From Adineta vaga (taxonomy: Eukaryota; Animalia; Rotifera), in NCBI GenBank assembly GCA_021613535.1, contig CP075492.1, positions 13,020,001 to 13,084,000 on the forward strand: DNA of 64,000 nucleotides, in the 5' to 3' direction. The position numbers and the translations under genes are program-made. The notes below the pieces were generated by a model, which searched no databases, was not told where the DNA came from, and was given only the letters and a program-made list of their open reading frames with translations. Below, piece by piece: positions 1 through 12,129 of the stretch. Each line of letters begins with the position of its first letter. The stretch's first letter is position 1.

Positions 1-965
1 GTCATCAATGGAAAACGAATTAATTTCAAAGCTCCACCTAATGTTTGTCGAATCAGATCTGGTGTAATAATTTGATTCATACTTTGACATTTATTTTTTG
101 CCCATGCTATACATGTTTGCCATAATTTAATTTCTCGTACACCCAATGTATCACGTTTTAAAATTGCCATCAATGTATCTAAATCAATATCAAGTAATTC
201 AGGTGTTTGTAATGCATACATAGCATTCTTATCGATCACTTCTAAACATTGAGCAGCTAATTGTGCTTCATCAAATAAACGTGCTTGACTCAATAAAATC
301 AATACATTTTCAATTGAAATATTTTTCTTTAGAAAATCGACACAAAGACGTTCAAGACCAAGTATACAATATTTCTTTGCACCATATAATATCGACATAA
401 CTGTATCATGTGTTATAGCTGTTGATGGATTATGATAATCTCCATATAAGAAACGTAGTAATGTACGAAATGCATGTGTTTCCATATCGGGTACATGAAT
501 AATTGATGATAGAGTTTCACTATTTCGTTGAAACATTGCTTCAAATACGCATGAACCAACACTTAAAACAAATTTATGTGCAGGAATTAATTCATCACTG
601 TCATGTAATTCAAAATGAATATCAGCCATATATTCATTTAAACATAATGCTGATATACGATCATTTAAAGATGTTTTAGATGCCTTAAAGAAGAAACGTT
701 CTGTATGATATGAAAAAGAAATAAGAAAATATTTGATTGTTACCTGCCAATTGAAGGGCAAACTAATTATTTGTTTATTTTGATTATCATCATTTTCATG
801 TTCGATGTGGGTGTTCGAGGACACGGCATTGGCGGGTGGAGGAAGACTTGATGCTTCATTAAATGTTGTTGAAGAACGACGTGGAATCGGATGATTATGA
901 TGATCAGGTAGTGGAATTGGAGGATGAGGAGAGGTGAATGATGATGATGAATTCGCTTTTGGCAT
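1..965 (-). CDS. BTB/POZ-BACK protein, BTBD1/2/3/6-like (3' end lies outside the window)
   Basis: ATG at 965, intron 743-684 (GT..AG). Spliced translation contains NWQASKTSLNDRISALCLNEYMADIHF...IPAHKFVLSVGSCVFEAMF, followed by BACK-like text. No stop before the window edge. Confidence 0.9.
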   Translation of the reverse strand, partial: MPKANSSSSFTSPHPPIPLPDHHNHPIPRRSSTTFNEASSLPPPANAVSSNTHIEHENDDNQNKQIISLPFNWQVTIKYFLISFSYHTERFFFKASKTSLNDRISALCLNEYMADIHFELHDSDELIPAHKFVLSVGSCVFEAMFQRNSETLSSIIHVPDMETHAFRTLLRFLYGDYHNPSTAITHDTVMSILYGAKKYCILGLERLCVDFLKKNISIENVLILLSQARLFDEAQLAAQCLEVIDKNAMYALQTPELLDIDLDTLMAILKRDTLGVREIKLWQTCIAWAKNKCQSMNQIITPDLIRQTLGGALKLIRFPLM

Positions 966-2449
966 GATCAATGCGCAGTATTGACTGCACGAAAGATCGT
1001 TTTTTACCTAGTTAATAATAAATCATATACATATATTGAGTCGAGGTCTTACCAACAAACATTTCATTCGAGTTTTCTCTTAACCAGCCAGATTTATTTT
1101 ATACGATTAAGTGAATATATATATAATAGATATTTATAAAAACTCAAATCTGTTATGGGGAAAGAAGAGAAAATAATAAGAAATTTGAGTTTAAGATATT
1201 TTTATACGATAGATGGGGCTAGATTATCAATCAATATAAACAATCATATCTGAGCTATATCACATATATGTATATGTTAAAAAATTAATGACGTGAAATT
1301 CGAGAGATCTTCTCACAAAATAAGAAAAAATGTAAATTTTTTATTGAAAAGTAATTTGAAGTAAGAAATATGACGATATGTTTTGATTACCTGTTAAGAA
1401 AAACTCCAGTAGGGGGTAACATTTTCGTTATTGTTTTTTATAAAGTTATCATCATATTTAGAGTAATCTTATCACCTATATCAATACTCACAATAACACA
1501 AGGATTCATTTCCGATATGAGTATCTTCTTTTGTTATTGTTTATATTGCTATTGATCCGAATATGAAGAAGATAATTGTACAAAAGAGGTCGATAGTTCT
1601 ATATACTTATCATTGGAGTCTTTTTTTCTTATGTAGGAAAAGACCCGTTAGTAAATACCATCAAAACATATTGTCGATATTAGAATATAAGAAAGATTTC
1701 ATTCGTTGTACTAACCAAGTTTGTATGCAATTTAAAAATCAGTTGTGTAATTCTCTCCTTGATTACACATATGCAATATGAAAAATCTCAAGAATTTATA
1801 CACACCTCCAATTTTTTTTAAAAAAATCTATAGATGAAGTGTGGCCAATATATATGTATATTATAACTGAACAAGTTCTCTCTAGATTGTCCTCTGTATA
1901 TTCACCTATTTTATATACGAAGTTACTTAACTCATTCACACCTCTTACATTCTTATCATACCACGTCACAGTTCGACTTCATGCAGTGTCAAACTGTCAT
2001 ACACATATTACTGTTTTTATATGTATTCGATTGAATTGTAATCATACTTTCAAGTAGGCTCTATTCATCATTTGAAGAAGAAGAAGGAAAAAAAAGGGTC
2101 ATGTCAATAATCATCCATGAATTTCAAAATAACGCATTAGCTTTTCTGGTTAATCTTAACCTCATTCAATTTGTTGATTAGAAAAAAACAATTTCTATTC
2201 ATAAGAACATTCAATGTTTATACACAAGGAAACACTTCTTTCCTATGTTAAAGAAGTTTGTTTGTCTAACAGCTTTACACCAAGAAAATAAATTGTGATA
2301 ATCTCATTTTCGTCCATAATATATACAGAACAGAAAACGTCAATAGATAAAACTTCGTTTTCCCTTTGTTTCATTCAAGGAAACTTAATACCTTTTGATC
2401 ATTTGTGAGCAGCGAAAACAACAGTCACTTGTGAAAATAGAACTGAAAC

Positions 2450-2475
2450 CTTCTTCTTCTTCTTCTTCTTCTTCT
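2450..2475. repeat. (CTT)n microsatellite
   Basis: About 8 tandem CTT units. Confidence 0.8.
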
Positions 2476-3578
2476 TTTTTGATCGAATTCACAGATTGGA
2501 ACTAATTAGAAAAAAAACAGAAAAATCTTCAACTCTCCTTCACATTTTTTTTTACAATGAATATATTAAAGGTCGAGTAGAGTCAGACATTTCCTGTCCG
2601 GTCATTGTTATTTTTTTTTCGGTATCTTGCATACATATCTAAAGGCAATCCGGTATTGAGTTCATTGATCTAGACGCGTCCATCGGCAAATAGAAGAAAA
2701 GAACTGAGAGAAAGTGATCATACATTGATGAATATTTCATATCGAACAAATTCATTCATCTATTAAATAATCAAGTCAATAGAAAAACAATATCCACAAG
2801 GCATATCACCAATCTTGAGAAATGTCGCAAATTTTCTACTTTGCAAATAAAGAAAAGTCATTGGACAAACATTGAATGTACGATTGAGATTTGAATGGAA
2901 AAAAAAGCTCGTGTATACATGTATGAAGAGGATAAACAGCATAATGAAATAATAACATTGTATTGAAGCGAGAGAGAGAAAGGGAAAGATTCGGAAGTTA
3001 AATGAAAGAAAGAAAAAGTTTGAAACATCTTATTTTTGATCAATTGATTATTCGCATGAGAGATATAGAGAAGTTAATTAAATCGATTTTCAATATTTAT
3101 ATCCATTGGGAGGATCATAATCATCGATCAAAACCTTCAAGTCATTAATGTTATGACATACTGATGGTAAACTCAATTTTCTGCTCAAATGAATCACCTG
3201 GCCATCTGCTCTAATTGCCTCCTGTTGTTTCTTCTTCCTTCTGTTTTTTTTTCTCTTTTCTTTCGTTCTTCGATGACCGACACGTACCGAGGAGAGAGGG
3301 AGAGAGAAAAATCTTAGTGGACGACGAGGACAATCACACATATACTACTCTCTTTACATAGTATAGTCATACAACTTCATTTCTTTTCTTTCTTTTTCTT
3401 TTTTGACAAGCACAAGCGTGAGAGAAGGTGAATGACAGACTAGTTTAATACCGGATGTGAATATTTGAACATTGAATCGAGTAAGTAATTCAACAGTAAA
3501 CGATAATCTTTCAATCATCTCAGTTTACATGACATTCTTAAGACAATTTGATTAACATTCTTGATTTTCTTTTTTAGC

Positions 3579-6500
3579 ATGTTTTCTATCGTCGTTTTCT
3601 TAACTTATTTAATTTTCTTACCAATTCAAATTTTAACAATCGATATTATTGAGCAAAATTTTTCAAATTCTATTGAAAAACTTCTTTTAATCAAAGACAA
3701 TCTCTATCTTGGTACAAGTCATTCACTTCATCGTTTATCATCATTAACATTGAATCAAACATTGAATACATTTGAATTTGATGACAATACTCATTTAAAA
3801 ATTTTATTATCCTTACCAAATGAACAGATTCTTCTTTGTGGAACATCTAATCAAGGTTTATGTCAAATAATTGATCAAAATTTCAATATCATTGTCAATT
3901 CTTCTCTACCTATTGTTGCTAATGATCCAATCAACAGTACAATTGCTTTAATTATCCCTGAAAAAGATCTCATCTATTTCGGTGTCACATATACAAATGA
4001 AGGAATACAACGTTGGCAAATTCCGAGTATATCTGGTCGTTCATTGAATCTTTCACGTTTTATGAAGATTGTTTCAATTAATGATAATGATGAGATGATT
4101 TCACGTGATGATTTAGCATTACGTTTTATGTCGAGACAACAGACAACGTTCATTGTTCAATATATCTATTCATTTTATACAAAGAATTATATTTACTTTA
4201 TAACAAATCAACCATACGACCTTGGACATACGAATTTCCTTACTAAAATTGTTCGTTTTTGTCGAGATAGTACTTATTCAATTATCCGAACATATACAGA
4301 AATTCCATTAGTATGTGTAAATTCAGAATGGATACTTAAAACGGCAGATATTAGTTCGGATAAGAATAATAAACAGATTTTAATTGGACATTTTACAAGA
4401 AAAGATGGAACAGGAGGAACAAATATTTGTTCATGGAATATCGAAAATGATATTGATCAAGCATTTGAAGATAATTATCGAACATGTTATTCCATGGGAA
4501 ATGGACAACGAGGTTTAGCATTTATTAAACCAAATGAACCATGTCGAAAAGATGAAGTAAGATACTCTTTTTTATTATCTTGTAAAATTGAAAATTTCAT
4601 TTTTAGACTTGGTCAATACCAATGAATAATGATAATATTTGTCCTTGGATAATTAGTGATCGTCTACCATATCCAGTTGGCGGTGCGACACCTGTTATCG
4701 GTCGTACACTTTATGAGAATTTAATGGAAAGTTCCACTGTTTTAAAAATGTATTCATTCGATTCATTGACAAAGCTTGTTTTTCAAGGTTTGACTAATGG
4801 TACTTTTAAATTGGTAAGTATTTCATCAATCAAACAATGTTTCACGAATATGCCTTAAGACATTTATTCTTTTCATTTCAACGAAAGTATACCGAATAGA
4901 CAAAAGGTCAGATGACATGGTACTTTTATTCAAACAAAGCATGTCACGAATTGCCTACCCATCTGGCTTTTTTTTCTTTCTCTCTCTCTTCTCTTTCTTA
5001 TTGTTGTTTGATGATAAAGAATTGTACAAACAAATACTTGAAAAGATAAAACTTTCTTTTTCTTTCAAGGGTTTATTCGATTTTGGTAAAAATATAAATT
5101 GGTTTTATTCATATCAATTATCATCACAACTACCGATTCTTTCTGATGTGATTTATGACAAAAAACTTGCAACATTTTTTCTCGCATCAGGATCGAAGGT
5201 TTATTATTCAAATGAATACAATTATTTTAAAGACTACTGAAATGTATATTTTCATTTAGATCTATCGTCTATCATTTTCAAGTGATTGTACATCACGTTT
5301 GTCATGTGATGAATGTTTATCTTCATCAAATAATCCATTGTGTGGTTGGTGTACAATAAATGAACGGTAAGATGATCATTGAGATTGACATACATGCACA
5401 TTATAAAGAAGAAAACAAAAACTTCTCATGTCAATTTTAACAAAGATAAATGCTTTTAACCGATGAATATTGACACATCAAATGTGTATACTTCTTAGTA
5501 ATTAAAATGAGAATTTAGAATGACACATGGGTGTTCTTCTTTAAACAAATTTTTCAAATAAAACCACATGTGACCGTTCTAATTTTTTTTTGTCTTCTCT
5601 CTTCAGGTGCACACTAGTTAATGATTGTCCTTCGAATTCTTGGCAACAGGAGAGTAATCAATGTACACATATTGTTAATGTTCATCCATTGAAAGCTTCA
5701 GTTGATCATAGTCAATGGGTTTGTCTCATTAAAATCTCATTGTGATGTATATATTATGTGTTTTTTTCCTTGAAGATTAATCTAACGTTATCAAAATTAC
5801 CACAATTAGAACATAATGAAATCTATCAATGTATTTTTATGGATAAAATCATGTCGGCAAATACACAAGCAATTAAATTAGATCATAATCGTCTTTCGTG
5901 TCCCACGCCATCAAATAAAAATCTTCAGCTGCATAAAGGTAGGAGATTAGATCACTTAACACATGCGATCACATAGAGAAAACGAAATGTCAATTAACGT
6001 GCTTTTACTTTTCCTTTCACTTCTTATCTTATAACGATCTTTTCAATTTGTATATAAATAAAGAATATTCTTTACAGGAACTCCATCAACTGTTCGACTA
6101 TCTGTTGTTAAATGGCCATCGAATACTAGTATTGCAACTGTACCAGAATTTACATTTTATAATTGTTCATCTTATTTCTCATGTGCAACATGTCGAGCGC
6201 AAATTGGATGTCAATGGTGTTCTCAACGTTGTTCTTCGATGTGTACAGAATCTATAACTCAATGTCCAATTGCCAATCTTCTCGATCCTTCGAATATTTT
6301 TCTTGAATCTAGTCAATCTGCAAGTATACCATTTAAATTTGATTCCATTCAATTCGATAATCCAATTGAATGTCGTCTTAATGAAACTATTCATGGTTTG
6401 ATTAATTCGGATGGTGTATGTCAAATATCTAAAGTTCCAGAAATCATCTCTCAAAATGAAGAAAAAATAATTCTAAGTCTCTATCAAAATGATATTCTAA

Positions 6501-9500
6501 TTGGTATGCCAATGGAAATGTTTATCTATCGTTGTAATCTTTACGATTCATGTGATCAATGTAATTCACGTTCGAAATGTTCATGGTGTCAAGGTCAATG
6601 TTCATCAAAATTAATCAATAAATGTTTAACAAATGAACAATGTACATCGGTATATATCAAAGATTTTTCACCAAAAATTATTTCAATTTATGGACAAACA
6701 TTAATTCGAATATTTCTAAATGAAGATTTGAAAGAATCGATTAAAGAAATTTTACTTGCTGATATACCATGTGTATTAATTAATTCTTCAAATGTAATTC
6801 AATGTCAAGCACAATCATCGAATTCATCACGCAAAGGACGAATAAGTATTCGTTTTTCAAATTCAATATATATTTTATCGAAAGATATAATTGAATATCG
6901 ACAATCATCGATTGTCTCAATAAATCCAACTATTGCCTATCAATTTGGTGGACAAATCTTTCATATTCATGGAGAAAATTTATTCATTGGTAATGAACAA
7001 CGAATCTTTATTGGTAATTATCCATGTAAGAAAATCAAACAAACATTACGAAATAGTTTATCTTGTCATTTACCATCGATTTCACCTGGAATGTATAATA
7101 TTACTATAAAAATAGATGATCAAATGATTAATACAGAACAAAAATTGAAAATAACACCGAATCCAATTGTTCAAGATATTGATCCGACGATTAGTTTTGC
7201 AAGGTAATAAGAAATTTGTTGTGTGATATTAATAAATCATTTTATTTTAGTGGTGGTCGTTTAATAACTGTACGAGGAATGTATTTCGAATCCATTCAAA
7301 TTATCACAGTGAAATTTTCATATAAAAAATGGAATGCAAAACTAAGGGTTTGTTAGACTAGATTGATATTCGATTCTTAAACTAAATTTTCTATTCTTTC
7401 AGATCAATTCAAATGATTTAATTTCAACAGATGATGGATTAATCTCATCATTCTATTTTCGTACACCAGGCATTCCATCAACATCGGATGAGTTTCCATT
7501 ACCACCTATGGATGTAAATTTTTCATTAGATTTTGATGATTCAATCATTTCATTACCAAATCTAATTCAATTTCGTTATATACCCGATGTTCTATTGAAT
7601 GTATCATCAACACCACAAACATTGCCATATACAGGTGAAGAATTAAAATTACAAGTGGAAAATTTAACTGAAGCTGCATCAATGACAGACATTCAATTGT
7701 TTATTGGTTGTTCAGAATGTAAATTGAGAACCTTTACATCCAAAGGTATTACTTGTCAACCACCAGCGAAATTATCAATAAATCCAGCAATTATTCTCAA
7801 TAATCAACAACGACAAGGTTAGTTATTTAAAGACTCAATAAAAGAGAATATTGATTGTATATTTCTAAAAATTTAGATGATTGTACATTATTCAATTCTT
7901 CGATTGGTCCAATTCGTTTTCGTATTGGTTATCGTGAATATTTAATCGGTTATTTATCGTATACGCGTTCATTATCATCGAAATATTCGCTTATGACAAT
8001 TATTGCTTTGATTTCTACCAGTTGTTTAGTAACAATTGCTTTGCTTAGTCTTAGTCTTTATCTATTCTATAAATATCGTAAAACTAAATCAGTGACAAAT
8101 TCGTTAACATTGAGAAAGAATACTGAACAGAATGAGAAACAATGTTGGTCAACAGATACATCTGCATCAACAGGTCCCTATTATCAAGTTTATGAACAAG
8201 TTTCTTGTTTATCATCACATGAAAATACATTAACACGAGGTACACTTCTCTCATCGTGTCCGTATCATCAAGAAAAACGTATTACACCACCTATTATGGA
8301 ACAATTACAAATGAGTTTGTCATTTCTAACAACATTATCCGTCGATAATGAACAATTGAAAAAACTTCTCCTATTCACCGAGCCAACGTAAGTACAAAAC
8401 AATATATAAATCAATTTTTCAATTATTCTTTCTTTTAACAGATTTTCATCGATTCATTATCGTCCATCAATGGAATTATTCTATGATTTACTTCATATGG
8501 AACCATTTTCTCAAGCATTCATTGAGAAATTGATTGAAAATAATTCACTCGATCTTATTCAAGCATATGTTTATCTCTTTCGTTATACACCATCAAATTT
8601 CCATTCATTCAATAGCTTTTTTCAATTCTTCTCCACTTTATTCCTACAAAACAAAAATGATTTAATTCATAAATTTCATTTCTTCGATGATTTCTTACGT
8701 ATATTAATCGATTCAATCGATTCATCACCATGTGATGAAATTCTTCAACGTTCATCTCGTTCAATTTCATCATCGACTCTTCTATTGTACAATCTACAAT
8801 ATCATTCCTATCAATTAACAATTGACTATGAAAATTTCCTTCGTTTTCATTTACCAGTTCTTGATTGTGATACAATAAATCAAGTGAAACAAAAAATTAT
8901 TCGTTATCTCAATTCATATGAAAATACCTATCGACTGATTGAATATGATCAATTAGATTTATTACTGCCATCATTAAGTCATTGTACATGTGTTTATCAA
9001 ATTCCTATGATAAAAAACTATTTGATCAATTCAACAATTTATTGTCAAAAGAAATCATTGAATAGAAATGAAAAAAATGTTTATAGTTATCATTTATGTT
9101 CGGATAATCAAATGAATAATGATCGAAAGTTAATGGAAGAAAAATTAGTTGAAAATAAAAATCGTTTACAACAAATTCTCATTTATTTTTATCAACAAAT
9201 TGCCAATGGATTAGATCTATTTGATATTTGGACAAATGATTTTAAATGCGATCTCTTGTTTCAACAGTAAGTTAGAATGTTATTAAACAAAATGTAATTT
9301 TCATGTTTTGTTTTTATAGATACATTCGATTAGTTAGTGAACTTATTCGACGGTTGAATCGTTTAATGTTATGTCGTTCAACTTGTCCAATAATTGAATC
9401 TTGTTTAAATGTCGTCGCCGATGGATTAGAATTCATTTTCGATACAAAAACTGACGTAAGATTTGATAACAAAATAGTTCTATTGTAAATTATTATGATT

Positions 9501-9884
9501 CTTCTTTTCTATTTAGTTTTCTCCAGATATTGAATTCTTATTTGCGGAGGAGAAAAAACATTTTGCATCAGTTGAGAAAACGAACTTTCATATTCGCTCA
9601 TCAAATCAATATAATCCACAATTATCATCGAAGGATATTCGTTCATTGGTACTTGATGATGATCAAGCAATTGAATGTCTTTATAAACTCTATCAATTTT
9701 ATGAATTAAATTGTGAACCGGTAAATAAAGTTTCTTAGTTTGTTGTCAAACTCTATTTTCTTCTATTTATCAATAGATTAATCAACATATTGGCGAAAAT
9801 CATGTTAGTGTATTACTACCTATTCATCATCTACTCGTACGAATACGACAATTACTTCAGTCAGATAAACAAACGCTGATTTGA
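3579..9884 (+). CDS. Plexin-like receptor (Sema, PSI, IPT, TM, divergent cytoplasmic GAP/RBD region), multi-exon
   Basis: Signal peptide; Sema motifs (LLCGTSNQGLC, KIVRFC, YTEIPLVC); PSI (CLSSSNNPLCGWC); IPT repeats; TM segment LMTIIALISTSCLVTIALLSLSLYLFY; plexin RBD motif VLDCDTINQVKQKI; C-terminal IESCLNVVAD. 5'UTR intron 3481-3577. Stop TGA at 9882-9884. Confidence 0.9.
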
Positions 9885-10188
9885 ATATGAAGAGTATTTT
9901 TTTTGTACTACGTGAACGAATCATCTTGTTTGTTTTTGTATAGAATCCATTTTTTTTAATAATATTTGAATAAAGATGAAATAGAATGCTATTACATTGA
10001 TGATGACATGAAATGAAACATGTGATTTTTATACTCATTGCATCATTTCGATAATTATCCGATGTGTCAAATCAGTTTCATCAACGAAAAATGAGATTCT
10101 ATCAAAATATATATTAATCAAGATTTTTGAAATGATAAGGAACAAAAATTTGACTTAGACATATGGTCATTTTCTTCTATCACATATA

Positions 10189-10741
10189 TTACAGGATCAG
10201 TTCAGTAACAGATGGTTCACGACTTACAAAAGGTTCTCGATGAAGAGTAATATGTTTTGATAGATCATTAATATGTGAATTTGGAACAATTTTCACTGTA
10301 ATAATCGAATGTGGAAGATCGATCTAGGAAAAAAGACAAACGATAGTTAGGAAGAAGAATCATTCTATAATTGATTTACACGAAAATAGCAATTATCATT
10401 TGATTCAACCTGTCTCGCTATACTGGTTGGAACGAATTCGAAATCATCAGGAAAATGTAAATCAGCTTCTTCACGGATTTTCTTCTCTATGACTTCACTA
10501 TACTAAATATCGAAGAACAAATTTCTATACGATAAATAAGAATTTCGAAAATATACATCATCGAATATTTTTTGATCATTGCTTGTTAAATCAGTAAATG
10601 ATGTGATTCCAGCCGATTCAAGATCTCGACTAGATAGAACGAAGAAAATCTTCTTGATAGAATGAATAATAATGAAAAGTTTATTCACCCGGGAATAGGT
10701 AAACATTGTGACTGTAATTGTATTGGATTGTCTTCCCACAT
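10189..10741 (-). CDS. Small 4-exon protein, possibly a divergent stefin/cystatin fold
   Basis: Three canonical short introns join one open frame: MWEDNP...AGITSFTDLTSNDQKIFDDYSEVIEKKIREEADLHFPDDFEFVPTSIARQVESNDNCYFRIDLPHSIITVKIV...LIL*. The gene model is solid; the fold call is tentative. Confidence 0.6.
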
Positions 10742-11110
10742 CTTACCTGTTTCCTTGCAAATGTACTTGTCAATATTCAACGTTTATTTCATATATAATA
10801 GAAATCAGTTTCATGTTTATTACGTATATAGAAAACGAAATTTAATTAGTATGAAATAAGTTTTTGCTTCGATTGACCCTTGATAGGCATAGTATCATGA
10901 TTAAATGGTCATATATCGACTTCTTCTACTTGATCGATCACAAGATGAATGAACAAGATACACATCATACTTTGTTTCATATTCGAGAAGGTTGTTTTTT
11001 ATGTGGAAAAATGTAATTGAAACATGTTCAATATACGTCAAGGTATTTCGTTATATGTTATGTAAATTGATCAGTAATTGTGATAAAAGAAGACAACGCA
11101 TCGATCGGTA

Positions 11111-11118
11111 TATAAATA
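11111..11118 (+). promoter_or_regulatory. Candidate TATA box of the Phe/Gly-rich gene
   Basis: TATAAATA about 90 nt upstream of ATG 11202. Confidence 0.45.
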
Positions 11119-11201
11119 GGAACAGATGTTCAGTCGAATAGATATATTTCAATATACTATTCTTTTTCTTGTGTAGAATACATTAGCAACAAGCAATCAA
11201 T

Positions 11202-11538
11202 ATGTTCGGCGGTCATCTTCTTCACCATCATCACAGTAAGAGTACGAGAAGAGTTTTGTTGAATATTTTCATAATCGACTTCTTTTCTAGTTCCTCATGC
11301 TGGATATGGCGGTTTCACTGGCGGAAATTTTGCTGCACCAACAACATTCGGTGGAAGTTACCCTCAACAAACAGGATTTAGTGGTGCATTCGGTGCTCCA
11401 AATGCTTTTAGTGGTGGTTTTGCAGCTCCAAGTGCGTTCGGTGGATTAGGTTTCAGTGGACCAAGTTTCGGTGGTGGTGGTGGTAATACAAACTTCCCAG
11501 CTGGTTTTGGTTCACCATATGGTTACAGTCCTTTCTAA
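11202..11538 (+). CDS. 93-aa Phe/Gly-rich low-complexity protein with N-terminal His cluster
   Basis: Exons 11202-11235 and 11291-11538 (GTAAG..CTAG intron). Translation MFGGHLLHHHHIPHAGYGGFTGGNFAAPTTFGG...FGSPYGYSPF*. AATAAA follows the stop. Confidence 0.85.
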
Positions 11539-12129
11539 AACAATAAAACGAAGACCATGGCTATAGTTCAATCACTAATTCAATTATGATGAACTTCAAA
11601 AAAACATGTGATTCACTAAATTTTCGATAAGTGCTACGTTTAGAAACGTTTTTTCCTAGATTTTAATCATTATACCAATAAAATCCCTAGATGTTAGCAT
11701 CAATTCATTCTTTCTTTCTTTGTTTATATCTATTAAACAATCATTAAGCAAATTGAGTTATTCTACCATACTTTTAGTACTAGAAAAACCACCATCATAT
11801 AAAATAATAAGAGAACAAAATGGTTTCACAACAGACTTTATGCCTCCTACTGAGCAGGTTAGCTTCTAATTTCAAAAGAGTTCGACAGTATATATCATTC
11901 GAATTGTAATCTATTGATACATGGTACATAGAAGTTATATAATATAGAGTCAGATGAGGGGGAAAATATTCTCTATTAGACGATATTCACTGGTTCTGAG
12001 TATGATAGTTCATGAATATAAAAAATATTTTTATTAGTTTTATCTATTAAAGAAAAATAGTGTTAGTATAGAATAGAATAATTTGAAAAAATATATACGT
12101 TCGAGTATAAAATAAATGTTTTTTTTTTC

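Noticed and set aside
1370-3341. Several short ORFs between the BTB gene and plexin
   Set aside because: Low-complexity AT-rich translations with no motifs; likely promoter or UTR sequence.
3570-3581. AG before the plexin ATG as a trans-splice site
   Set aside because: A good cis donor (GTAAGT at 3481) explains it as a 5'UTR intron.
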